This document shows, in pieces, positions 48,411-61,200 of a DNA stretch of 64,000 nucleotides. The position numbers were made by a program, and so were the translations under genes. This DNA comes from Mobula hypostoma (lineage: Eukaryota). How positions within the stretch are numbered: the first letter of the stretch is position 1; the number at the start of each line of letters is the position of its first letter. The notes below the pieces were generated by a model. That model was not told the origin of the DNA and did no database searches. It saw only the letters and a program-made list of their open reading frames with translations. The stretch lies in contig NC_086097.1 in NCBI RefSeq assembly GCF_963921235.1, positions 63,552,001 to 63,616,000 of the forward strand. Reading direction: 5' to 3'.

Positions 48411-49021
48411 TCAATGTACCATGGAAGTAACTGTCAGATCTATTACAATAGTCTAATATGTTCTGTTTCATAAAGGAGCATCAATATAGGAAATTACCAA
48501 ATGGTCTAATTCTGAGCTCATATCTACTCATCTCTGGTTTCTGAGGTTTTTGATGATGTTTAGCATCAAATATAAAATTTGCAATAACCTTTAAAATTTC
48601 CTTGAGTATGAATAATACCAACAAACAATAATTTCTACATCTGACTGAGGCCTTTCCTGTTTGGGGGTGAGGGCCATCATTCTTGCTTTCTATGTACTGT
48701 TAAAATGGCATGAGGTACTGGCACCAATATGAACCAAAGTGTAGTTAAACACAAGTACAATAGCTATTCATGCTTACCCTGTCAGACCTGCACATCCATT
48801 TTACAACTGGATAGTATAATGTGAACTAGATGGGTGTAAACCTGGGGAAATCACATTGAAAATGCTAGTGCATCAAGAAAGCTGTTATTAATTTAATTGA
48901 CTTCAAACTCATAGTCACACTTGCATTATTTCAAACTACTACGAAGAAATTAAAGAGTAGCAGAAAAAATTAGACATTCCTATATAATAGATGTGCCTGT
49001 ATTTTTCAGCTAGAATAAGTG

Positions 49022-49455
49022 CAGCCCTTGGCTAGTTGGTACCTTTCTCAACTCAAAGTCAGAAAAATGGCAACTTGTTCCACTCCAGGAATGTAACTAC
49101 AAAGAAATAATAGGCAGACACTTTACTGCAGTTCTGAGAGAGTGCAGCATCAATGAGATGCCTACTTTTGAATCATATAGAGCCTTATCTGCTCTCTCAA
49201 GATCCTGTGATATTATTTTAAAGAAAAGCAGAGGAAATATCCTTGTACCTGCAAATATATGTCCCTCAACTAACATCAGTAAAGCAGATTACTTTGTTAC
49301 TGACACATTTCTGCTTGTGGAAGTTCAATGTGCAAAAATTATTGCCACATTTCTTACATTAGAACAATGATTACGCTTCATGAATTATTTTGTTGGCTGT
49401 AAAACACATCAGGATGTCCTGAAAGAGACATTAAAGGCACAATATAAATACTTTG
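49022..49455 (+). mobile_element. DeuSINE (SacSINE1/AmnSINE1-related), near full length, old
   Basis: Deu-domain hallmarks: 'ctgcagttctgagagagtgcagca', 'aagatcctgtgatattattttaaagaaaagcag', 'caaatatatgtccctcaactaacatcagtaaagcagatta', 'ttggctgtaaaacac...ggatgtcctga...aaaggcacaatataaata'. Confidence 0.8.
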
Positions 49456-50254
49456 ATTTATCCACCTATTCTTGTCCATTACCTTTCAGGAAAAAAAATA
49501 ATAATTTCTAATGTGTGCATTGCAGTTCTTACACTGGAGACACAGGTGCCTTGGTTGACAAATTGTAGGGGCACAAGAGACTGTAATCACGCAGAAAAGT
49601 ACATTCCCTTTTTGCACTGAAAACAAATCACATTCTCATTGCATGAAAATCTCCTTTTGAATAATCATTTATTAATATACCCCATTAGGAAAAAGAATAA
49701 AAAAACAGCCCATAGAAGAAATTGTAGGAGGTATGAATGCTTACTTTTCTGTGCACTCGTTGACCTTATTGAGTTAAAAAAAACTTGGTGCCATGCCTGT
49801 TTTATAATCACTGAGGCACTGCAGTGCATCATGTCAAACACTTCTGTTAAGAAGCAGAGCAATAATGAAACAAAGAACAACAATGAAGGCAGACATGACA
49901 AATTTCCTTTTCAGCAAATCAAAGCACCAAGTCATTAATTAAATGCAGCAACTGTTCTCAAATTGCCAGTATCCTTTCCTCTTCAAAGGGCAAGTACAAG
50001 CTTGTCCCGTTTCTACCAATCTGCCGATCATCAAAGAAATTAATTCTTATGCTTATCAAATTAGGCAGCTTCAAGCATACTGCAACCAATGCCATAGTAT
50101 TTTCAAAAAACTTACAATTTACAATTATAGCACAGTACAGCACAGCATGCTATGTTGTACATTAAATATCAGAACCTTAGTTCAGACGCAGCACTTGCTG
50201 AACTGCAACTCGACGTAATTCTCCATTATTTTAATAGGTGGCATTAACCAGAGT

Positions 50255-51268
50255 CTTTTTATTATTAATTTTTTTATTGCAACACCAACAATTTACATTC
50301 AATCCAACCAAATTGCCAATTACATTTTGACTGTTTAACCCAGCCACCCCCAACCTTCATCACCATCCCCCCTCCAGCCCTCTCTCCCCCCCCCATCCCT
50401 CTCCCCTCCACCAACCAACTGAATAGTGGTACATACACAAACAAAGCATTCCTATTTTAACAAAAGATCTTTTAAGTTAGATATCAAATTTGTCCACATT
50501 AAGATTGTGTTTGGTCGTGCATCATTTACTCTTGCTGATGAAAGTTCCAGGTATGAAATGTCCAAAAAGCTCCGAAGCCAGTGAGTATTTGAAATATCAT
50601 GGGGAGGTTTCCAACACTGGACTACAATCTTCTTAGCTGCAGTCAGGCCTGCCAGCTAGATTTTGCGTGTTTTTCCCATAAGGGAAAGGTGGGAGTCATC
50701 ATTTAGAAGATGTACAGCAGAGTCCATTGGTCATTGTACCCCTGTTAGTTCTGTAAGAGTACTGATAACCTTCCCCCACAAACCAAAAACCCCTGGACGT
50801 TCCCATACAACATGTATAAAAGAGCCAATGGCTCCATGGGGGCAAAATGAGCAATGTGGGTCAGGAACCAGTCCCATTTGATGTCTAATTCTCGTTGCTA
50901 AATATGCTCTATGACAAAATTTCAAGTGTATATATCGATGATTTGGGTTTTTCGAAGCACCGGCAGCATTATCCCAAATCATATCCCAGTCTAAGTCTTG
51001 TCCCAATTCAGACATGTCCCTATCCCAGGCTTTCATTCCCAATGTGGGCATAAAATTCTGGGAGTTTAATTTATTATAGATATATGACACTATCTGTCCT
51101 GGAGCACTCTGTATCCAACTTAAAATGGGATGGTCCTTTAAATCTGACCCCTCCACCCCCCCCCCCCCAGGGAACACCATAGGCTTTACAAGCTGATCTT
51201 ACTCAAAAGTAGAAGAAAAGAGAGTGCTTATCAATATTATATCGAGATATCAGTTCTTAAAAGCTAGT
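50255..51268 (-). mobile_element. L1-clade LINE 3' fragment with 12-bp TSD
   Basis: Minus ORF 50731-51180 (HLKFCHRAYL...DPHCSFC...GSFIHVVWE) is the L1 ORF2 C-terminal Zn motif. A-rich tail; TSD ATTAACCAGAGT at 50243-50254 and 51269-51280. Confidence 0.9.
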
Positions 51269-51702
51269 ATTAACCAGAGTTGAAAATCATGATCTCCCAG
51301 CAAAAATAATCAAGCCTTCCATCAGCAGAATATTAATGAGCATAAACCTATATCAATTACTCTATGTAACAGGCAAAATGAAAGATTTTGTTATGATTTG
51401 TATACCCCAGGCATAGCTGAATGTTGCCCAACAGCTGTAATTTATTGAGAAATACCTCTCAGTGCCAGCATTGGTGAACTTCAGAGATGGGCAAAAATCT
51501 AACAGCATTCAGTGTTATAGCTCTATGCACTCCGCTGCAGTTCTTTCTTGTAAAGATCAGCTGCAATCTAGAAGCTAGTGATGGCATAGCAACTGAGCAC
51601 TGAGGTCTACTAAAGGGATATGGATTAAAGTACAGGAATTCAAAATGTTTCCATCATAAGAATTTACAAAGGAACTTTCCCGAGTAAAACTATTACAAAG
51701 TA

Positions 51703-52555
51703 CAATGGATTGGGTCACATCGGGACCAGCACGTTTTGGCTCAAGTAAGCAGCTGCCCCAATTAGCCAAAGTTTCATGGAAATAGTTAAAAAGGTATAAA
51801 AAAAGACAAACTACCATTTAACTGAGTAAAAAATTAGTAATTAAATGAAATACAGAACAAATTAGAACACTACAATTACTACTACAGTATAAAATACTGC
51901 TACTAGTGTACGGTAAAGTACACTATAAAATTTTGTATTAACTGCTAATAATTTTCAACAGTATACTGCCATGTTCTTTTGATTGACTGTAAATGAACAA
52001 AATCAGCGTGGGCACCTAGTGCAGATAATGGACTGCCTTCAAGCAATGCCTTTGATGATTGCACCCTCCAATCTTCATTTTCATTGTAACAATTCACGAT
52101 GATTGACAATACCTTCAAATTCTTCATAGTTCCTTACTTGTTGAAGTAGTCATATCATTTCATTTACAATCTCAGACGTTTTGGCATCTCCAAGCCTCAA
52201 TGCTTAAACCACAGTGAGCAAAACACAAAACAATTCTGAAATGTCTTACTGCCTATTTCTCACCACCTACCAGTGACAAAAGTCACTGATTTTTGAACAC
52301 AAAAGCATGCAACTGACACTATTTAAAAACTGTTCGCTCTAAGCACTGTATAGTGTCTAATGGCCATACAAGTGCACATAACTGAGGCTAATTAGAAACT
52401 GATTAGCAAAAGTCTCCTGTCCCAATTAAGCAGCATGGTGTCCCAAATAAACAAAGGGAATCCCAGCTATTTTCTTGATTTGTTTTTGTTCTTTGTGAGT
52501 TGTCCCAAATAAGCAGCTGCTCCAATTAACTGATGAACCAATTAACTGAACATTG
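51703..52555. mobile_element. Non-autonomous Tc1/mariner (Tigger/pogo-like) DNA transposon
   Basis: TA|CAATG...CATTG|TA termini; subterminal repeats 'aagcagctgc(c/t)ccaatta' near both ends; acidic transposase C-terminal remnant (NYEEFEGI..., CYNENED) on the minus strand at ~52050-52140. Confidence 0.75.
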
Positions 52556-53664
52556 TATCTTAGATTTTATAAATAGATTTTATAAATTTCATGCATCTCT
52601 AATTCTCTCAGTGGCTGAATAAAACAGCAGATGATTGTGTAAAAACGCCAAGAAACAGATAGATAGTCCGTAAAAATTTTCAGAATGTCCACTCTTCTTC
52701 AAAACCAGTAAAGGTCATCAACCTGCATGAACACTCTGTGTCATTCACAATTGTATTTGATTCACAAATATATTAATGCCGAGTCCAAATCTTAGAATTC
52801 TCCACAAAGCAACAGCAGCCGTAACTACAGTGGGACTGCAATAGTTCAAGAAGACAGCTCAACACCTTCACAAGGCAAGATACAAATGGACAACAAAGTG
52901 GAAATTCCCATAGGTCTAGATGTTGTACAGTCAGATGAGACATACTTTCAGGAGAGTGCAACCAGATGCTCACTGTACTGAAGGTAAAGACCATACAAGT
53001 TGCGAATGTATTGAACAGAAGAATTCTATTTTAATTCTTATATTATCTCCAGCTGCTACTCCAGCTAATAGCTTGTTGGAGGTTGGGACTTAATGAAATC
53101 ATTTAAATAAACTTTTATTTTCTACTTTTATTAGTTCTGACTGGTTCTGCTATAAGATTATCCGTCTCTAATATGAGCTCAGATTTCACACTGACTGCAT
53201 GACCTTGTGGCCACTTCTAGCACTCTTGGTTTCAAGGCTCAGCAACAGTTTTGAACTGTACTTTGCAGCTTTATTTGTCCCCTTTCCCCACCCCTTCTCT
53301 TAATAATCTGTCAAGCAGTGACCTGACCCTTTCAGATATACTCTCTGTCCTATCATTCCCTCCCCCACCCTCTCTTCAACTTTAAACTAACATCTAACGA
53401 AGCATCCTTGTCCTGTAGCATTACCTCAGTTTCCACATAAGCTCCCTAGACTGTTGAGCCTTTCAGCATTTTCTGATTTTATTTCAGTTCTCCAACATCT
53501 GCAGTTCACTGATTTTCTATAAGTATACAGACTTGAAAAGAAATTCAAATATTGTCATTTATTTTGTTGTCGAATCAAGGCAACCAAGATCCATTTGTCA
53601 CATCAGTTTATCATGTCATTCATGTGGTTTAGTTAATTTCAGTAAAACTAGTCATTTGTTTTCA

Positions 53665-54835
53665 CTCTTTCAATATTTTTATTAGTTTCTACATAAAAGA
53701 ATACAGAGTATAAGAAAGTATATATAAAGGTCGAAAAAAACAACTACCAATTACATTATATAATAACAATCTCAATACCCCATATTCATGTAGGTTAGTC
53801 AAAGTTATATTGAAATATACTAATTTATTACAAAAAAAGAATTTAACCCCTACCAAGACCGAAGCTGTTTATTAAGGAGAAAAAAAGGTAAAATACCTTC
53901 TCATATAATAAAAATTAATAATAGCTAACATCCAAATTTAAACAACGAATTGAGGGTTTTGGAAGTTTTGAAAATAATTCAGAAAGGGTCCCCACAATGT
54001 TTGAAAGTCTTGACGAGATTCAGAAATTGAACAACGAATCTTCTCTAAATCTAAGCATGACATAACATCGCATAACCATTGAGCACGAGTAGGAGGAGAA
54101 GCATCTTTCCATTTAAACAAAAGCACCCTCCCAGCTATAAGAGAGCTAAAGGCCAAAATCTGATGTCCTCAACTTGATATCTTGTCCTGAAACAATACCG
54201 AATAGAGCCATCAGAGGATTAGGCTTAAAATTAACTTTGAGAAGTAAAGAAAAAGTTTGAAAAACTTACTTCCAATATTTTTCAAGACATGGACAAGTCC
54301 AAAACATATGAAGTAATGAAGCTTCTCCATTATTGCATCTGTCACAGTAGGGAGATATATCTGAATAAAAACGAGATAGCTTATCTTTAGTCATATGGAT
54401 TCTATGTACAGTACCACCTTAAATTGTATGAAGGAATGGCGAGAACATAGTGATAACGTATTAACCAGTTTTAAAATTTCATTCCAAGTTTCCTCAGATA
54501 TTGATGTCTGTAAGTCCTGTTCCCAGAGATTCTTAATTTTGCCTAAAGGAACATTCCTTGTCTCCAGTAACATACCATAAATATTAGATATTGAACCATT
54601 ATAAAAGGGTGTCAAATTAAAAATTACATCTAGTAAGTTCTTATCTGAGCTTATAGGAAATGCGCCTAATTGAGACCTTAGAAAGTCTCTAATTTGTAGA
54701 TATCCAAAAAAGTGAGTTTTGGGTAGCCTATATTTAGCTGACAATTGCTCAAATGAAAAAAGATTTCCTCCAACAACCAGATCCCAAAAACATTTAATAC
54801 CCAACCTGTCCCATTCTTTAAAAACTAAGTCAGTC
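53665..54835 (-). mobile_element. L1 LINE 3' portion (ORF2 C-terminus and 3' UTR)
   Basis: Minus ORFs 54391-54835 (FKEWDRLGIKCFWDL...FSFEQL..KY.LPKTHFF.YLQIRDF) and 53938-54156 (LLFKWKDASPP...LDLEKI); AATAAA and A-rich end at ~53670. Confidence 0.9.
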
Positions 54836-57680
54836 ATAAGACCATAAGACAAAGGAGCAGAAGGCAGCCATTCGGCCCATCGAGTCTGCTCTGCCATTTT
54901 ATCATGAGCTGATCCATTCTCCCATTTAGCCCCACTGTCCCGCCTTCTCACCATAACCTTTGATGCCCTGGCTACTCAGATACCTATCAATCTCTGCCTT
55001 AAATACACCCAATGACTTGGCCTCCACTGCTGCCCGTGGCAACAAATTCCATAGATCCACCACCCTCTCACTAAAAAAATTTCTTCGCACTTCTGTTCTG
55101 AATGGGCGGCCTTCAATCCTTAAGTCATGCCTTCTCGTACTAGACTCCCCCGTCATGGGAAACAACTTTGCCACATCCACTCTGTCCATGCCTTTTAACA
55201 TTCGAAATGTTTCTATGAGGTCTCCCCTCATTCTTCTAAACTCCAAGGAATACAGTCCAAGTGCGGACAAACGTTCCTCATATGTTAACCCTCTCATTCT
55301 CGGAATCATTCAAGTGAATCTTCTCTGTACCCTCTCCAATGTCAGCACATCCTTTCATAAATAAGGAGACCAAAACTGCCCACAGTACACCAAGTGAGGT
55401 CTCACCAGTGCCTTATAGAGCCTCAATATCACATCCCTGCTCCTATACTCTATTCCTCTAGAAATGAATGCCAACATTGCATTCGCCTTCTTCACCACTG
55501 GCTCAACCTGGAGGTTAACCTTCAGGGTATCCTTAAGGTAAGAGGACTCCCAAGTCCCGTTGCATCTCAGAACTTTGGATTCTTTCCCCACTTAAGTAAT
55601 AGTCTGCCCATTTATTTCTTCTGCCAAAGTGCATAACCATACAATTTCCAACATTGTATTTCATTTGCCACTTCTTTGCCCATTCTTCCAATCTATCCAA
55701 GTCTCCCTGCAGAAGTCTGTCCTGACGAAGGGTCTCGGCCTGAAACGTCGACTGCACCTCTTCCTAGAGATGCTGCCTGGCCTGCTGCGTTCACCAGCAA
55801 CTTTTATGTGTGTTGCTCCTTGCAGATTCTCCATTTCCTCAGCACTACCGGCCCCTCCACCTATCTTTGTGTTGTCAGCAAACTTAACCACAAAGCCATC
55901 TATTCCATAATCCAAATCGTTGATGTACAATGTAAAAAGAAGCGGCCCCAACACGGACCCCTGTGGAATACCACTGGTAACCGGCAGCCAACCAGAATAA
56001 GATCCCTTTATTCCCACTCTCTGTTTCCTGCAATCAGCCAACGCTCTATCGATGTATGTAACTTTCTCGTAATTCCATGGGCTCTTATTTTGTTAAGTAG
56101 CCTCATGTGTGGCAACTTGTCAAAGGCCTTCTGAAAATCCAAATATACAACATCCACTGCATCTCCCTTGTCTAGCCTACTGGTAATTTCCTTAAAAAAT
56201 TGTAATAGGTTTGTCAGGCAGGAGTTTCCTTTGAGGAATTCATGCTGAGTTCTGCCTATCTTGTCATATGCCTCCAGGTACTCTGTAACCTCATCCTTGA
56301 CAATCGACTCCAACAACTTCCCAACAACCGATGTCAAGCTAACAGGTCTATAATTTCTTTTTTGCTTCCTTGCTCCCTTCTTAAATAGCGGAGTGACATT
56401 TGCAATCTTCCAGTCCTCCGGAACCATGCCAGGATCTATCGACTTTTGAAAGATCATCGCTAATGCCTCCGCAATCTCCACAGCTACTTCCTTCAGAACA
56501 CGAGGGTGCATTCCATCTGGTCTGGGAGATTTATCTACCTTTAGACTATTCAGCTTCCTGAGTACTTTCTCTGTCGTAATTGTGACTGCGCACACTTCTC
56601 TTCCCTGCCACCCTTGAGTGTCCGGTATACTGCTGATGTCTTCCTCAGTGAAGACTGATGCAAAATACTCATTCAGTTCTTCCGCTATCTCCTTATCTCC
56701 CATTACAATTTCTCCAGCATCATTTTCTATCGGTCCTATATCTACTCTCACCTGTCTTTTACTCTTTATATACTTGAAAAAGCTTTTAGTATCCCCTTTG
56801 ATATTATTTGCTAGCTTCCTTTCATAGTTAATCTTTTCCCTCTTAATGACCTTCTTAGTTTCCTTTTGTAAGCTTTTAAAAACTTCCCAATCCTCTGTCT
56901 TCCCACTAATTTTTCTTCCTTGTATGCCCTCTCCTTTGCTTTGACTTTGGCTTTGACCTCTCTTGTCAACCACAGTTGCATCCTTTTTCCATTCGAAAAT
57001 TTCTTCTTTTCTGGAATATACCTGTCTTGCACCTTCCTCACTTCTCACATAAACTCCAGCCACTGCTGCTCTGCCATCTTTCCCGCCAGTGTCCCTTTCC
57101 AGTCAACTTTGGCCAGTTCCTCTCTCATGCCACTGTAATTTCCTTTACTCCACTGAAATACTGACACATCAGATTTCGGCTTCTCTTTTTCAAATTTCAC
57201 AGTGAACTCAATCATGTTATGATCACTTTTCCTAAGGGTTCCTTCACCTCAATCTCTCTAATCACTTCCGGTTCATTACACAATACCCAATCCAGTACAG
57301 CCGATTTCCTAGTGGGCTCAACAACATGCTGTTCTAAAAAGCCAACTCTCAGGCATTCTACAAATTCTCTCTCTTGAGATCCAGTGCCGACCTGATTTTC
57401 CCAATCCACTCGCATGTTAAAATCCCCCACAATTATCATAACACTGCCCTTCTAACAAGCCTTTTCTATTTCCTGTTGTAATTTGTAGTCCACATCACTG
57501 CAGCTGTTTGGAGGTCTATAAATAACTGCCATCGTGTCCTTTTACCCCTGTGATTTCTTAGCTCAACCCATAAAGATTCTGCACCTTCCGATCCTATATC
57601 ACCTCTTTCTAATGATTTACTATCATTTCTTACTAATAAAGCCACAGCTCCCCTTTGCCTACCTTCCTATCCTTCTGATA
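54834..57680 (-). mobile_element. CR1 LINE (endonuclease + RT + 3' tail), mildly decayed
   Basis: Minus ORFs 57212-57439 (IIVGDFN, APE), 56008-57063, 55661-56041 (SGIPQGSVLGPLLFTLYINDLD...KFADNTK), 55355-55591 and 54926-55309; tail cataagaccataagac at 54834. Confidence 0.96.
55713..55815 (+). mobile_element. ~100-bp Penelope pLTR end with hammerhead core, inserted in the CR1 RT
   Basis: GTC-CTGACGA-AGG-gtctcgg-CCT-GAAAC-GTC-GAC at 55719-55752. Flanked by CTCC(C/T)TGCAGA direct repeats at ~55703-55713 and 55816-55826; removing it restores CR1 collinearity. Confidence 0.88.
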
Positions 57681-58222
57681 ATTATAACATATAGTTACGT
57701 TAGTGCAAAGCAATACCGTAATTTGATGAAGAACAAACCATGGGCACGGTAAAAAAAAGTCCCAAAAGTCCCCGAGTTGATCGACTCCCGAGTCCCCGAT
57801 AGCAGGCAGCAAAAGGGAGAAACTCCCTGCCATAAACCTCCAGGCACCGTCAACTTGCCGATGCCTTGGAGGCAGCCGACCACAGCCAACATTGAGTCCA
57901 TCTGTCCAAAAACTTCGAGCCTCCGCAGCCCCTCCGATACAGCCTCTCGAGCACCATCCTCTGCCGAGCGCCTTTGACCTAGCCCTGGCTGCTGAAACAA
58001 GCAAAGCCGAGGATTCGGGGCCTTCTGCTCCAGAGATTCCGGTCACCACACAGTAGCAGCGGCAGCGAAGCGGGCATTTCAGAAGTTTTCCAGATGTTCC
58101 TCTGTACTCTCACGTCCGTCTCCATCAAATCAGAATTGTGCACAGTCCCCTACTTGACAGATAACAGATATTCATCACCGGAGAGGCCGCGCGTGCTGCC
58201 GTCGTGCCGCCACCTTCTCCTC
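57681..58222 (-). mobile_element. GC-rich non-autonomous repeat (second copy of the module at 33170-33537)
   Basis: Shares 'gcaaagccgaggatt.ggggccttc...gcagcggcagcgaagcgggcatttcagaagttt..ccagatgttcctc' and the terminal 'gccgcca.cttctcc' with 33170-33537. Confidence 0.75.
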
Positions 58223-58225
58223 CCC

Positions 58226-61200
58226 TTGAGCATTCAGTTGGATCCTTGTTCTTTTTTAGGATAAGCGAGATAGAAGCTTCATAAAAAGATTGAGGCAAAC
58301 TACCTGTAAGGGGTATCGACTTTTATGTTACTGCGGAGGCTAATTAAAATGGCGTCTTTGTTATGTTAATCTGAGGAATGCGGCTTTGTTGTGTTAAACG
58401 CTGAGAAAGTTTGCGCTAGCAGCTTGTTTTGGTTTAGAGTGTGATAAGAAATATGTTATTAACCAATTGGGATAGTTGTTACATTTTTGGTTTATTTGAA
58501 GATACTGTACGCGCGGGGTTTTGGGGCAGAAGGTAGGAGAGCGAGACAGAGGATGGACGAGGTGCTGTGATGTCCGCTAACAGGGTCAGACCCCAAGGAG
58601 GGCGTTCGGCGAGGAGACGGAGATGGACTCGTATGGAGCGTCTGGTTGACCACCGTTGTTGGTCCCAGGTGGCCGGTGGAGGCTGTCCGAGGGGTCGCGG
58701 GGTGAAGAAGAAGGTCCTTGAGCTCCAACTGTTTCGTGCACAAAGAAATTGAACTTTGATAAGTGTGGCGCCTTTTATTTTCCTTTTACATTTTATTCTC
58801 TATTAATTATATAGTTCCAGTAATATCTATAAACTGTAAATCATTTAATTGCATCTGGTGTATTGTCTGTTATTTGGGCGGGGTGGGGTACCTCACACAG
58901 CATCCACACAAATGAATTATCCAGTTTGGCGGGGCCAAGGGCTGTTTCCCTAGACGACAGCGAGCCGAGCGACCCTGAGGGTGGCCGGGGGGGCTACATA
59001 CCCAATTTGAAAGAATCCAAAAAAACTAAGTGTAACTGTAGTATAATTAATGAAGAAAAAGCCTTATGAAATTCTCCAGAAAATCCATCTGGACCTGGAG
59101 CCTTCTCCGAATGTAATGAACGTATAGCCTCGGCTATTTCCTCGTAAGAAATGGGTTGATCCATCTGTTTGCAATTATCTGCAGAAAGTGCAGAGATATT
59201 TAATTGATCTAAAAATTTGTTCATTACAGTATTATCTTTAGGGGCGTCAGAACTATGAAGTTTAGAATAGAATTCTCTAAAGGTATCATTCATTTCAGAG
59301 TCATCATTTGTCCTATCACTATTAGTTTCGCAAATTTCTTTAATTTGTCGTTTAACTACAGAAGTCTTTAACTGGTTGGCCAATACTTTTCCTGATTTAT
59401 CTCCGTGAATGTAAAATTGAGCTTTATCTTTAAGAAGTTGAGTTTCAATTGGATATGTTAACAGAAGATTATATTTAGTTTTAACTTCAATACATCTTTT
59501 ATGTAAAACAGGATCTGGAGCTAGAGTATATTTTTGATCTAATTGTTTTAATTGATTGGCTAATTCAATTCTTTCTTTATTAGCTTTATTCTTAACACTC
59601 GCAGTATAAGAAATAATTTGTCCTCTAATATAGGTCTTGAAAGTATCCCATACAATAAGATTAGAAGTCTCTTCCTTTTTATTCTCTTCAAGAAACAAAA
59701 TAATATGCTTCTCAAGAAATTTTAAAAGTTCCTTATCAGATAACAAAGTTGTATTAAAATGCCAAAATCTGTTGGTTTGAAGAAGACCAGGGAGTTATAA
59801 AGATAAAAATATAGGAGCATGGTCTGAAACATCAATCTCTTTATATTCACAGGAACAAACTGATGAAATCATTTGACTATCAATAAAAAAATAATCAATC
59901 CTGGAATATGTGTGATGAACATGGGAAAAAACGAATATTCCCTATCTAAGGGATATAAGAAATGCCAAACATCAACTATACTACACTTCAATAAAAAAGA
60001 TTGAATAAACAAAGCTGATTTATTAAGAGACGCTGGTTTAGAAGATGATCAGTCTAAGATTGGGCCTAGCCAACAGTTAAAATCTCCTCTCATCACCAAA
60101 CAATAAAGACGAAAAACGAAAAAAAGCGTTCAAAGAATCCTGGGTCATCTACATTTGGGGCATACACATTGGCAAATACTATTAACTTATTATCTAGTTT
60201 TCCTGAGACTATAACAAAACGTCCATTAATATCAGACACTACTTTATGTTGGACAAAGGAAAGTGTATTATCCATAAGAATTGAAACTCCTCTAGATTTG
60301 GCCTGAAGAGTGAAAACAAAGTCCATTCCAACGGTTGAAAAACCATAGATTATCACATTTGTGTATGTGAGTTTCTTGTAAAAAAATAATAGGGACCTTA
60401 GATTTCTTAATATAAGCAAAAATCTTATTGCATTTAACAGGGTGATTTAACCTTTTCATGTTTAAACTGAGTAAATTAATAGTCTGGTCCATTTTTAATA
60501 CTATTTAAAGGAAGGGTTAAAATATAAGTTAAAAACCAAGCCATAAACCTTGAGAAATGGTAACCAAACAATAAGTTGGCTAAAAATTCGAAAACAGTTT
60601 CTAGGGAAAAAACCATAACCCTGCCCACATCCCAAAGAAGGAAAACCAACCAATAGAAAGTCGGCATCTACTAACTACTGACAACCCCCCAAAAAAACCT
60701 GGTGATCGCTCCAATTAGTTTCAAGGTTATTTATATTCCAACCTAGACTAAACAAAACTCAAACAAGAGATTCAGCTCTCGTATATCAAAAATATAGCAT
60801 TAAAAAAATACGAAAGGAAATTAGTTACAGAGGTTTATCAAAAGTAAAAGATACAATTATTCATACAGATAGATATTGAACATTAATCTTATGTCTTCAT
60901 GGAAAAACAGACTAGGGAATTAGCTTTCAAATTTTAAAAAATCTTTGTGCTTCAACATTCAAACGAAGCCATTCCAAGGGTCCATCTTTAATGAGATTCT
61001 CAGTCAAACTGGGGAGCCAAGGGACAGGTTAAAACCCTTGTTAAAAAAAAATTCCAACAGAGCTTGTTTAAACTTAGCACACTCCTGCATAACCTCAAGC
61101 AAATAACCTTCGAGAATCTTAATATTCCACCCTATAACCAGACATGCTCCTTTGATGGGATTTGCGAATTAAAAATTCCTCATTTAATCTTGTGTCTTCA

